A stretch of DNA of 64,000 nucleotides from Octopus sinensis (lineage: Eukaryota), in NCBI RefSeq assembly GCF_006345805.1, contig NC_043024.1, forward strand, positions 17,856,001 to 17,920,000, in the 5' to 3' direction. Below, piece after piece: positions 28,953-41,310 of this stretch. The position numbers and the translations under genes were made by a program. The notes beneath the pieces were generated by a model. It was given only the letters and a program-made list of their open reading frames with translations. It had not been told where the DNA came from and did no database searches. Each line of letters starts with the position of its first letter. Positions within the stretch are counted from its first letter, which is position 1.

Positions 28953-29326
28953 GAATTCCCAAATGCAAACAGGCTGTGACAACAGTTCTGCAACATTAGG
29001 TTAAGAGACCCTTGATAATGATTCCTGCCATTTTATAATGCTAAAGAATAGCTTTTGGAATGTGAGAACATACATTTAGTAAACAAACTTGTAAGCCAGA
29101 ATTTGAGAGGAAGTGGGCTCGATTCTCTGTAGAACCTTGCTGGTCACTTGTTTTTGTTTTCTAAAGGTTATTTACCCAATTTTCTAAGCTGTTGTCACAG
29201 TCTATCTGCACTGGAGAATTCCTTGATTTTCTGCACAATATTGACACACTCAGCACGTCTAATTTTGTTTACAGTATGTGTGTGTGTATTATGTACGTAT
29301 GTATGTATGTGTGTATATATATATAG

Positions 29327-29472
29327 TACAAATTTACAAAAAAAACAAAAGACAAAGGCAGGTGTAGGAACAACAAGCAGGTGTATTAGTTTGATGCTCA
29401 GGAAGAATGGAAAACTCTTTTATGTTTTGAGCCTATGCTCTTCGACAGAAAGTATTAAGAATGAAAAACAGA
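29327..29472 (-). mobile_element. Short HHR-like repeat, copy 2
   Basis: AAAAGACAAAGGCAGGTG...GAGCCTATGCTCTTCGACAGAAAG. Confidence 0.65.
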
Positions 29473-29574
29473 GTCCCCAGTCAAACCGTCCAACCCATGC
29501 CAGTATGGAAAGCAGACGTTAAACAATGATGATGATGATGACATATATATACTTATGTATTTTTGTTGTTGTTG

Positions 29575-29812
29575 TTACCTTCTTGAACCATGCGTATAGG
29601 TTCCCTACCTGGATGGAACACCTGCCTGTCACAGGTGAGCTGCTAGATGCAGGAGGAAAGAGTGAGAGAAAGTTGTGGCAAAAGAATCAAGCAGAAGTTT
29701 GCCATTACCTTCTGCCAGAGACGCGTGGAGCTTAAGTGTTTCACTCATAAACACACACATCACCTGGTTTGAGATTCAAACCTGCATTCTCTCAACCACG
29801 AATCCTCTGCTC
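29575..29812 (-). mobile_element. SINE family D, diverged
   Basis: Reverse-complement similarity to 44810..45110 (GAGTGAGAGAAAGTTGTGGC). Confidence 0.6.
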
Positions 29813-30197
29813 TTTCCATACTTATGTATACACATGCAAATACATACAGGCTAATAAACACACACACACACACACACATATGCAAAGAGAAAGATAAACT
29901 TTTAGATGTTGGTGTTGTTGTTAAATCCCTAGTCAGTTTTTAGTGTACAGTTCCATGATGGAAAATGCTCCAGCCAGGCCCATCCTGTATCTTTAGCACA
30001 ATCTAGTTATACATTGTCAAAGATGTCCTTCTAATTTTCAAAACAATAGTGAGTGATCTGAACAAGCTTTGGCTGTTATTTCTGAAAAATTAAGCAATTC
30101 CATAGAGATTTTTACAGTGGCTTCCACCAGAATTGAAAAGAAAACCACATATATCTAGTTGGTCTAGTATATTTGAAATTATCAAGCACTAGCTTAA

Positions 30198-30418
30198 CCC
30201 TTTTATTACTGTATTTCTGTTGAGATGCTCTGTATTTCTTTCAATTTATCTTAAATATAACAAAGAATTTAGTAAAATAACTTAGTTATCATTCAGCTGG
30301 TGTTAGGAACATAAATTGTGACTAAGGTTTGGTGAAAGATTTTAATTCAGAACTTTTGAAAACAAGACGTTTGTACTCAGAACCAGAGTTGGTTTCAGCC
30401 AGGTTGGTAACAAAAGGG
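30198..30418. mobile_element. piggyBac-type MITE
   Basis: CCCTTTT..TTAC / GTAACAAAAGGG ends, TTAA and TCAA flanks; highly similar to 42695..42914. Confidence 0.8.
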
Positions 30419-31877
30419 TCAAAAGCTGCACTCTGAGCTGACTTCTATGCTAGCTCCTGTAGGGGGCTAATTGAGCCTGTGGCCCAAAACTAAACAGAGC
30501 TAAATAGCATGACTACAATACGTCTATAATGACTGTCCCAGTGCTGTTTGATCAGAGGTTAAGGACAGACAAGAATTAATTCTGTAATGCAAACATTTTA
30601 TTGTTCCAGTCCCAAGTTGAATTCCAACTGCTGGCCACTTCGTACCAAAGTTCTAATCTCAACGTAAAATTAGCAAAGTGAAAGTCTGTCATTTACCTCT
30701 CCCTTGATCTGTGACATCATCTGACAAATGCCAACCAAGATGATGTGAATCAGCCAAGCTTTATCTGCTAGAAATAGCAATCCAAATGCTTTTAGATCAG
30801 ATCCTAATGCTGGATGTTCAAGAGCTAAATGAAGGGCAGATTTTTAATCCTGAGGTCATCCTGATTCCAAAAAGGTATAACATGTCTATGTAGAGCAAAT
30901 GTAGACAGAGATACAAGAGTCCCAGACGGACAGACAAAATTTTGCTTTTATTAATATAGATAAATGATAATAACTACAACAACATTGGTAGCAGCAGCAG
31001 TGAATAGATTGAACCAAACATGGCCATTGCTAATTGAATCTGTAAACTAGCTTTAGGTATAATGAAATACAATATTGAGTTATAGAAAGAGTCAACATTA
31101 AACTGGTCAAGCAAGCATACACGTTGTCTTTTCAGATGTTTATTTTAGTGAAGATAACCTGTTGTAGAAATATTAGAAGCAGAGACGGAATATATGATCA
31201 GTGGATGTAGCGGTTCTCTTGCATGTAATGCTGCAGGCGAGGAGAAAAGGTTCTTTACCTGGAATTCCAGCTTCTCATGTCTGTATGGTTTTGAATAGAG
31301 ATGGAAGAGTCAGAGGAACCAATGTGGTACATCATCTTCTCTTGCTGCCCCAGGAAACTAATCAATCACAGCATTCATGATATGTGCCTCTGTATGTAGA
31401 TGCGTGTACATATGTATATACATGTATGTGTGTATGTATATATACATACACGCACACACACACGTATATATACACACACACATATATATACACACATATG
31501 TATGTATATGTGTACTTATATATATGCATACATATATGTGTGTGTGTGCATATCTACATACATACACATGCGTGCACACACACACATATATATACATACA
31601 TATAAATACACACACACACGCACACACATGCACACCCACATAGGTGTGGGTGTGTTTAATTTCATATGTGCTTGATGCTTGATGCTCTGCATGTACTTTT
31701 CTGCTTTTGATCCGGTCAGTGTCACACATTCATTTGCACATATAAACATTGCTAAAAACTAAGAGATTAAGGATATTTCTTTAACACACACACACACACA
31801 CATTATTCTCCTCTGCTTTACCCTATCATTTAACACCTCTCACACCTGCTATCACTCTTAATCAATGCACTGTCATA

Positions 31878-32137
31878 TCTTATTTCTTTACTACTCACAA
31901 GGAAACTTTGGAAACTTTGCAGAAGCCTCTGAGCAGGGAGGCTAAACATAGAGGGGACAAACAAGGACAGACAAACAGATTAAGTCGATTATATCAAACC
32001 CAGTGCGTAACTGGTACTTATTTAATCAACCCTAGAAGGATGAAAGACAAAGTCGACCTCAGCGGAATTTGAACTCAGAATGTAGCAGCAGACGAAATGC
32101 CACTAAGCATTTCCCCCAGTGTGCTAACATTTCTGCT
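31878..32137 (-). mobile_element. SINE family B with a 34-bp foreign insert
   Basis: Homologous to 35680..36124. Confidence 0.8.
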
Positions 32138-32590
32138 CTCTCATCTCTACCGTCACACTCCACACAACATAACCCCCTTGTGCCTCTCTTATACATAACC
32201 CTCTTCAGCCACTTTTATAGATTTTACCATCTCTTACTGTAGTCAACTTTACCCCATCCCCACCTCTAGCCATTTTTCCTGATACTCTTATGAAGCTTCC
32301 CACTCTATACCCTCCACCTCTGCAATCTGCTGGTGCCATATAAAAAGCACCCAAGCCACAAAAAACATTGAAGCTCAATGCAACCCTGCAGCTCACTGGA
32401 TCCTGACAAATTATCCAAACCATACCAGTACAGAACAATGTTGTTAAGTGGTGATGTTTTGTATATCTCCTTCAGAATATTACTGCTTAATGTTTGATTA
32501 AAGACACTTCTAGTCACAACTCCAGCATGGCCATAGTTCAATGACTGAAACAAATAAAAGAAGATATACATATATATACATATATATATT

Positions 32591-33000
32591 AATGGAAGTG
32601 GCCGTTGCAAGATCTGCATCATGGAGAGAACCCAAATTCTTAAGGACTGTAAGAAGCCTGGCACATTAAACAGACATAAAGAAATGTTTTCTAAATGTAT
32701 CCACTTTAGACACTACTTATTAGAAAACTGGATTTCCCCATTTGCTTGTTAGGCCTCTCTGAGTCTATAAAGGTTATAAAGGGTTTTTTTCCCCTTCTTA
32801 TAAAGGAGAAATAACTCATTCTCATTAACAGTTTCTCGTATTCCTTGAGTTCTGAGCATTTCCTCATGTCTGCAACGTAGATATTTTAAAATTTTGTATT
32901 CATATAGAGTCTGACAAGCTGTCCACAAAGCACTGGTTTTGTGGGTGTGAAACCTTGGGTAACTCTGTATAAAATTTTGTTGTATATATTGTATATGTAA
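32591..33000 (+). mobile_element. Penelope-like element 3' end: GIY-YIG C-terminus plus pseudo-LTR
   Basis: 32591..32752 translates NGSGRCKICIMERTQIL...LNRHKEMFSKCIHFRHYLL, matching the PLE RCxLCxxE...LNxRxE..SKCxH pattern; an HHR follows. Confidence 0.8.
32903..32969 (+). ncRNA. Type I hammerhead ribozyme (probably inactivated)
   Basis: Stem I TATAGAGT/ACTCTGTA, core CTGACAA (G8>A), stem II CCACAAAGC/GTTTTGTGG, GAAA, stem III CC/GG, GUA site. Confidence 0.75.
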
Positions 33001-33089
33001 ATCTATATCTCTATCTATTGATCTTTCTGTCTGTCTGTCCAGCTGTCTATCTATTTATTTATTTGTGTATCATTTATATGTAAGTGTTA

Positions 33090-33223
33090 AGTGGTTGGCA
33101 TTAGGAAGGGCATCCAGCTCTAGAAACCATGCCAAAGAAGACGTAGACCCTTGCAGAGCTGTGTGTCTCATTTATTCTTGTCAGACCATGCAACCCATGA
33201 CAGCGTGGAAAAAAAAACATTGA

Positions 33224-33240
<17 letters not shown>
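33090..33240 (+). mobile_element. RTE-type tail fragment, diverged
   Basis: GTGGTTGGCATTAGGAAGGGCATCCAGC ... (GAT)n. Confidence 0.7.
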
Positions 33241-33254
<14 letters not shown>

Positions 33255-33971
33255 CGTCGGCGGCGGCGTCGGCGGCGGTGTTGTCGTCGTCTCTCTTTCT
33301 CTTTTACTCCCTCTCTTTCTCTATGTGTGTGTGTAAGCGAACACAGGTGAAGTACACTGAGAGAATGACTAGCACGTTGGACAAAGTGCTCAGTGACATT
33401 TGTTCCAACTCTTTACAACAGTAATTTAAATCCTGCCTAGGTTAACTTTGCCTTTCATTCCTTTGGAGCCGATAAAATAATGTACCAATCCCATACTGGT
33501 GTACACATAATTGACTTGTTCTCTCCCTTCAAAACTGCAGTACCCATTCAGGAAGAATGTTGGGATCTCAGTCATGGATGCTGGGTAACTGGTTTTAAAT
33601 GTCCTAAGGCTCAAGAAAAAATACATATATGAATTAGGGAGCCAATTAAGATTAGGGCTTATTAAAGTGAAGCACAAAGTAAGGGCTAATGAAACTTTGT
33701 AAATACTTTTTGTGGTTTGCTTCTAAGAATTGTCTTAATATGATTTTAATTGGCGCCACATTAATTGGAGTTAATATACACTTACTCTTTGAGACAGGAA
33801 TTGCCACAATTCTTTACCCATCTAATCACTCCTTTTTCTTAATGACTACTTTCTGTGGCAACTTAAACGAACTACCTACACTTCCAATTGGCCTCTTACA
33901 CCCCAGCCTCCTTCCAATGTTGGGATATTGCTTTGCAGCCTCATCTTGATATTTGCTCTCATGCAACATAT

Positions 33972-34086
33972 GTAGCCTGATGATTTGAGAGATTCTTTAT
34001 TGTGTTATACAAGTTGCATTTCATACATACCTGCCTGTACGATGTTACAATGCAATAAACGATCTTAATGAAACGATTGTAGCAAT
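33972..34086 (+). ncRNA. Type I hammerhead ribozyme with long stem II
   Basis: CTGATGA at 33977-83, stem II ...TTTATTG/CAATAAA..., GAAA-CGATTG-TA at 34070-81, weak stem I GTAGC/GCAAT. Confidence 0.6.
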
Positions 34087-34445
34087 ATTGTATAATCCAT
34101 TCAATTGTTTTCACTGTTATATATATAATTGTTGAAGTTGACTTATACCCATTACTTGGATTTTCCCACTGGTATGGTTTTCATCAGATGGCATATCAAT
34201 GAAGAAATATTTGAATATATACATGGAATTTAATATTGGCAATCAGTCATGTGTGACAATGGCATGTGAATTTCTAGACATATTCTGTATTCTTTCGGCT
34301 ATTTGCTACTTGCAAATATGGTACTGTATGTGTGGTGCATGTATGCAATGTATAAATACATACACAATGTTTATACACCTGGTCATACAAATATGTATAT
34401 ATGTGGACACCAAGGTATATTAATACATGTGTGCATGTGTATGTA

Positions 34446-34476
<31 letters not shown>

Positions 34477-34910
34477 ATGGGAAGCTTTATGAAAATAGAC
34501 AAAAGACGAAGGCAGGTGGGAAACAAACAAACAATTGTATTAGTATGGTGCTCAGGAAATATAAATAAAACAAGTCTTTAACGTTTCGAGCCTACGCTCT
34601 TGAACAGAAAGATACACAGAGAGAAAAAAAACACAGAAAGAAGGAGAGAATGTATACATATAAATATATCTGCTCATTCATATATAATATATATATATAT
34701 ATATAATGGGAAGCTTTATGAAAATAGACAAAAGACGAAGGCAGGTGGGAAACAAACAAACAATTGTATTAGTATGGTGCTCAGGAAATATAAATAAAAC
34801 AAGTCTTTAACGTTTCGAGCCTACGCTCTTGAACAGAAAGATACACAGAGAGAAAAAAAACACAGAAAGAAGGAGAGAATGTATACATATAAATATATCT
34901 GCTCATTCAT
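34477..34910 (-). repeat. Tandem duplication (period 229 bp) of the short HHR-like repeat (copies 3 and 4)
   Basis: 34477..34681 matches 34706..34910 with no differences seen; separated by (TA)n. Confidence 0.9.
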
Positions 34911-35047
34911 ATATATATATATATATGCTTATATAATACATATACCTACATATATACATAAATATACACACCACACACACACATCTATATACATAAGCAA
35001 GCTACTTACCACACAGCCACTCCTACACCTATATATATATATGTATA

Positions 35048-36410
35048 CAGGGTTTGATCAATTAGTATCCGGACTGTTGCCATACTAACAATTCTAAAGC
35101 ACAGAGAGGGAAGCTACTTGACACAGATTGAGCTTGACCTCTGCTGTGCATGTACACTAAGTTTTCATGTTCTAACTCACTTCCGCTGTTCACAGTGGTG
35201 CTTTGAAGTAATGTGTGATCATTGCATTGACCATGACAGAGAAAGTTGTCAAGATGATACCTGCTCAGAGACCTACACAAAGTTGCAGAAAGTGTGCAGA
35301 GACGAGTGCATGAGCTGCGCACAATGTATAAGTGGGTCAAATGTTTCCATCATCACCGAAAAAATGTTGATATTGATGAATGTTCTGGGAGAACTGCAAA
35401 CAACAGAACTGAGAAAAACAGATGTGAATGCAGCTGTGAAGCAAAATCATTGAATCACCATCCATGAGTTATCAGAGGATGTTCAGATTAGTTACGGTTC
35501 AGTTCAGTCCATCATCACTGAAGATTTCGGTATGAGACGCATGTCTGCCAAGTTTGTGTCAAAAGTGCTTTCAGCTGACCAAAAAGACACTCGGTTTCAG
35601 TTGCACAAATTCTCCTTGATTGAGTTGAGAACGATGAAAACTTTTTGAAAACTTTGTTTAGGCCTCTGAGCAGGTATCTAATTCTTTATTGCCCACAGGG
35701 AGGCTAAACATAGAGGGGACAAACAAGGACAGACAAAGGGACTAAGTAAATTACATCGACCCCAATACAAAACTGGTACTTATTTAATCAACCCCAAAAG
35801 GATGAAAGGTAAAGTCACCTTGGGCGGAATTTGAACTCAGAACGTAGCAGCAGACGAAATACTGTTAAGCATTTCGCCTGGTGTGCTAACAATTCTTATT
35901 TCTTTACTGCCCACAAGGGGCTACACACAGAGGGGACATCAAGGACAGACATACGGATTAAATCGCTTATATCGACCCCAGTGTGAAACTGGTACTTATT
36001 TAATCAACCCCGAAAGGATGAAAGGCAAAGTCACCTTGGGCGGAATTTGAACTCAGAAAGTAGCTGCAGACGAAATACCATTAAGCACCTGGCATGCTAA
36101 CGATTCTGCCAGCTCACCGCCTTAAGCAGATATCATCAAACTTTTGGCTCTGAGCAGGTATCACCAAGCTTTTGGCGAAATTTGATGCAGATTCTCTAGT
36201 CAACTTTCTCTGTTATAGTCAATGCAATGAGCACACCCTACGCATGTTACTTCCAAGCACGGCTGTAAAAAGCAGAAATGAGCTATAATGTTAAAACTTT
36301 GTGCTCATGCACAGCTGAGTTGAAGGTCAATCTGTGCCAAATGGCTTCACTCTGCATGCCTTAGCTTCATTACTATGGCAACAGTCCTGATACCTATTGA
36401 TCAGACCATG
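35048..36410 (+). mobile_element. Internally deleted mariner element interrupted by two SINE B copies
   Basis: TIR CAGGGTTTGATCAATTAGTATCCGGACTGTTGCCAT with its inverse at the right end, TA flanks; N-terminal transposase remnants (ETYTKLQ..CMS; TEDFGMRRMSAKFVSKVL). Confidence 0.85.
35680..36124 (-). mobile_element. Tandem SINE family B pair
   Basis: Two head-to-tail copies; candidate TSD AGCAGGTATC / AGCAGATATC. Confidence 0.85.
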
Positions 36411-37140
36411 TATGTGTATATATATACATCAGGGACGTGCCACCTGGGTAGGCAGTGCCTACCCTGAATATAATAGATCGATGGTAACAACCATATACAT
36501 ACACACACAGAAATATATATATACACATATGCATTCATACATAAACATACACACACAAATATTGTCATTCACACAGACAGAAACACACATACATACACAC
36601 TCACATATATATGTGTGTGTGTGTGTGTGTGTGCGCCGTGTTGCTGAAAATGGATGAGATTGTATGGAGCAACGTCTGTGAATTAATTCCTTTATCTTTC
36701 TTCTGTCTTTAATGATTACTTGTGAACAACACTTGAAAGAATATTTCAATGAACTAACAACAATCACACCAATAAACTCGCAGACAGAAAGAAAAATATT
36801 TTTTCTCTTTGTATTATTGTTGTTGTTTTTGTTGATGTTCAAGAAATGTAACAGAAACATTTCACCTGACAAATACACAAAACTGTGCAGACGTCAGCAT
36901 TTATGTAGATTTTATTATAATTTGGTGCTGGATTTTTTTTTGTGTGAATATCTTTGGTGATTTTTGACACATATACATACAGACTTATAGGTGTCTGTGT
37001 GTGTGTGTGTGTGTGTCCTTGTCTTGATGACACATAACTGTTGTAAATGAGGCTCATACATTTCCAATATTCTGTGTAAAATATGTCTGGTCATAGGGAA
37101 ATATTACCTTGCTTGGAAACAGGTGAGAGTTGGTGACAGG

Positions 37141-37477
37141 AGACCCCCTTCAGTCATGAATGACCATGAGATTGCACCTAGAAAGTTACCCTCCCAGGCA
37201 CAAGGTAGGGCAAGGTTGTTTGTGGAAGGCCAGCAGTCGCCCATGCATACCAGCCTCCACTCTCCACACCACTGATGTTATCTAAGGGAAAGGCAAAGGG
37301 GCCGATACAGCTTTGCACCAGTGATGCCCCAACTCATTTCTACAGCTGAGTTAACTGGAGCAACGTGAAATAAAGTGTCTTGCTCAAGAACACAACATGC
37401 AGCCCGGTCCAGGAATTGAACTCACAACCTCACGATCATAAGATCAACACTCTAACCACTGAGCCATGCACCTTCAC
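37141..37477 (-). mobile_element. tRNA-derived SINE family C, full length
   Basis: Minus-strand A box TGGCTCAGTGG, B box GTTCAATTCC, TCTTGAGCAAGACACTT core. Confidence 0.85.
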
Positions 37478-37836
37478 GATGTTTATATACACATATATAT
37501 ATATTCACTTCTTTCACTGATTTCCACGTCTCTCTGTCGCCATCCAATTCCATTATTGCAAATTTGAATTGGGTGTTTCAATCACAGAGAATCTTTCTTT
37601 AGCTGATTACACAAACATGGGCACCATCCCTATGGATGCTTTGTAGTTCCTCTCTTGAAAGAGCTTGGTGATTCTGATCATTGATCTTCTAGGAATCCTC
37701 CACTCAGCATCAATATAAGAAGAAACATTGGGTCATTTGAGCTCGTCCATTTCCTCTTTACAATCAGCCACGCTACTGTCCCTTGATTTTGCTGAGTCCT
37801 TGGCAGAGTGGCTGAGTGGCTGCTATGCCTTTGCCA

Positions 37837-38160
37837 ATCATCATCATCATTGTTCGACCGTGGTCAAGACAATGGAATTTACTATGTTACGCCAGACTTC
37901 ACGGTCCATCATATCTGGATACCTGTATCCCTGGAGATTACATCAGGGTAGGAGAGTGTGCGCCCTCTGGTATTGCGAGTAGATGGCTTCCAGAGGAGAA
38001 GAGTAGAAATTACTTCTTTTTCAGCTCTACAACAATGTCCAGCAAACTGGACTCTCCTACCTTTCACAAGAGATGACACAGGTGGTAGTTTCCCATATAT
38101 TTGCATTTTGGTTGGATGGCGCTTCCACGAGCAGTTCGTAACTATGCAAGCACGGTCATC
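37837..38160 (-). mobile_element. RTE/RTE-X LINE 3' end
   Basis: IYGKLPPVSSLVKGRRVQFAGHCCR..LLLWKP..RGR; (GAT)n tail on the minus strand. Confidence 0.8.
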
Positions 38161-38212
38161 ACTTAAATATTCGCATACCCAAATACATACACACACACAC
38201 ACACACACACAT

Positions 38213-38423
38213 GCTCTTTTACTTGTTTCAGTCATTTGACTGTGACCATGCTGGAGCACCGCCTTTAGTCGAGCAAATCGACCCCATGACTTATTTTTTT
38301 GTAAGCCTAGTACTTATTTTATCGGTCTCTTTTGCTGAACCGCTAAGTTACGAGGACGTAAACACACCAGCATTGGTTGTCAAGCAATGTTGGGGGGACA
38401 AACACAGACATACAAACATATAT

Positions 38424-38476
<53 letters not shown>

Positions 38477-38649
38477 CATATATACGACAGGCTTCTTTCA
38501 GTTTCCGTCTACCAAATCCACTCACAAGGCTTTGGTCAGCCCGAGGCTATAAGTAGAAGACACTTGCCCAAGGTGCCACACAGTGGAACTGAACCTGGAA
38601 CCATGTGGTTGATAAGCAAGCTACTTACCACACAGCCACTCCTATGCCT
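38213..38649 (-). mobile_element. SINE family A, full length, low divergence
   Basis: Reverse complement of family A; retains many CpGs. Confidence 0.9.
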
Positions 38650-40079
38650 ATATATAATATATGAGTGAAAGAAAATGAAATTCACAGGATTCTTTATTAA
38701 TCACTACAATCATTTCAACACATTATACATCAGTCCCTCATGGGTGAGATTCTGTACAAATAGTTGTGGTACATCATTCAATGCAAATATAACTCATCAG
38801 GTGACTTGTCAGGAGGTACCTCATGCACAGGGTCTTGTAGATAAATTGAGACAATTTTTATGATGCATAAAATTGGTTGTAAATATTAAAATGATGGCAG
38901 TAGACAGATATAATTTTAATCTAACATTTATTACAACAAAACCATTTATCACTCAATATGGCTGCCCATGGAGTCAGTGAGTATCCACAAATACACAATG
39001 TCAAACTACAGGATTTCTTTAGAAGAACATTTAAATTTAGGTTTTCCTTTCCAAATGGAGCTGTGGAGAAAGAGAATACTGAGTGTAAAACAAATATTAA
39101 GGATTTCCAAACAAAACAGACCAGCTCATTGAACAACACAAGCACAAACATATTATGCTTGAATATAATGCCACTAATACACCAGACACTACACCTGTTA
39201 GAATACACTGACTATTCATAAGTGTTTTATATGAATCTATCAGATCCTTACTAACTATAAAGTACATGGATACATTATCAATACCATCATTAAATACAGC
39301 ATTAAATGCATTATAAGCCATAAATTCACTGTAGAAATATATTGCAAAAATACAAGGTTATATAAAACCTTCCTAAAACAATAATGAGCCACAAGCATAG
39401 AAGCTAATGAGCAAACTATTAATGACTGGTGGGACTTATAAAATTGTTTATAAATGTGATAGCTGTAGATTTTATGACTCCAACAGTTATATTGGTCATA
39501 TAAGAATAACACTGTCTTGTCAATGCACCATGCATTTACAACAGTGAGTGATTGCACTGCATCGTACTACACAACATAAAATTAGAAAAACATTAGTAGA
39601 CAGTATATTGATACTTTACTAAAGTAGAGGATTAATAATGGGAACAGTATTCATAAAACCAGCACAATATTCAAATAAATATGCAGACAACAAAGATAAA
39701 TCACAACCACACCTTGGATGGGGACTCATAAACATAACACAGTCAAAACATTCAAATTTTGGTAGTGACATCTATATAAACCACATCAGCTCTAGCATAC
39801 TTTAAGGTGACAACAAAAGATCTAAACAATATCACTTCATCCTGAAAGTAAGACAAGGCAAGGTTTAGAAACATTGAGGATAAGTCTTGGAATTTTACTG
39901 CAAGAAATTTATAGGAAAATATTGATTTAAAGAAGATAAAAACTAGAATATGTCTGTATTTGCAATATGAAATGTTTAAAGAAAAGCTGTTTCACTTGTG
40001 TGTGTGTGTGTCTCTCTCTCTCTATATATATATATCTATATATATGTCTCTATCTGTCTATCCATATACATATATATTT

Positions 40080-40250
40080 GTAAAAAGCACCCACTACACT
40101 CACAGAGTGGTTGGCGTTAGGAAGGGCATCCAGCTGTAGAAACACTGCCAAATCAGACTAAAGCCTGGCACAGCCTCCTGGCTTCCCAGACACCGGTCAA
40201 ACTGTCCAACCCATGCTAGCATGGAAAACGGTCGTTAAATGACGATGATG

Positions 40251-40252
<2 letters not shown>
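40080..40252 (+). mobile_element. RTE-type tail fragment
   Basis: Shared tail. Confidence 0.8.
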
Positions 40253-40302
<50 letters not shown>

Positions 40303-40364
40303 AAATACAAAATGGGACAGAAACACAAAACATCCAGACAGACAATACAAAGAAAACAAGGACG

Positions 40365-40465
40365 GGTCATTCGAAGTTTTCTTTCCTCAGTCAAGTACCA
40401 GATTATCTTCGCAATTTTGGCTGATTATACTTGAGATTGCTCTAATCTGGCCAGCCCCAAGGAAA
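40365..40465 (-). ncRNA. Pseudoknotted hammerhead-like RNA motif, truncated copy
   Basis: Four perfect helices: GGCUG/CAGCC, CCAGAUUA/UAAUCUGG, GCAAU/AUUGC, UCAAGUA/UACUUGA; followed by CUGAGGA. Confidence 0.6.
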
Positions 40466-40486
40466 TATATATATACATTTAGCTCA

Positions 40487-40831
40487 ATAACCCAACTCTA
40501 TCGGTCATGAATGACCATGGGTGCACCTAAGAGGGTTCCCCTCCAGGGTACAACTTGGGGCGGAAAGTTGCCTCACTGGCAAATGCACAACCTAGGGTTG
40601 TTTTTATGGGAGACCAGCAGTCGCCCATGCATACCAGTCTCCCCTCTCCATGCCACTGATGTTATCCAAGGGAAAGGCAAAAGGGGCCGATACAGCTTGA
40701 CACCAATCACATCACAATGTGAAATAAAGTGTCTTGCTCAAGAACACAACATGCAGCCTGGTCTGAGAATTGAACTAGCAACCTCACGATCATAAGCTTG
40801 ACACTCAAACCATTGAGCCATGCACCTTCAC
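40487..40831 (-). mobile_element. SINE family C
   Basis: Homologous to 37141..37477. Confidence 0.8.
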
Positions 40832-40837
40832 ACATAA

Positions 40838-40913
<76 letters not shown>

Positions 40914-40940
40914 CAGATATACAGAGAGAGAGAGAGAGAG

Positions 40941-41310
40941 AGGTGCATGTGTAGCTGTGTGATACGAGGTTTGCTCCCCAACCACATGCTTCTGCCATCT
41001 TCAGCAAGTGTTTTCTACTATAGTCTTAGGTTGGCCAAAGCCTTGTGAGTGGATTTAGCAGACAGAAACTGAAAGAAGCCCATTGCATATACATGTGCAT
41101 GTGTGTTTGTTCCCCTACCACCATTTGACAATCACTGTTTGTGTGTATATATACCCATAACTTAACGGTTCAGCAAATTGAACTGATATACTAAGCACCA
41201 AACTTTAAAACAAAAAGACGTCTTGGGGTCGATTCATTTGATTAAAAATTCTTCAAGGTGATGCCCCAGCATGGCCGCAGTCTAATGACTGAAACAAGTA
41301 AAAAAGATAA
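40941..41310 (+). mobile_element. SINE family A, diverged
   Basis: Homology to other copies. Confidence 0.8.

Noticed and set aside
31259-31357. Possible minus-strand internal exon (AG..FLGQQEKMMYHIG..GT)
   Set aside because: Weak polypyrimidine tract, no partner exons, no recognisable domain
37400-37477. tRNA gene-like heads (also 44810 and the SINE A/B heads)
   Set aside because: A/B boxes are present but there is no complete cloverleaf, and each continues into a repeated SINE body
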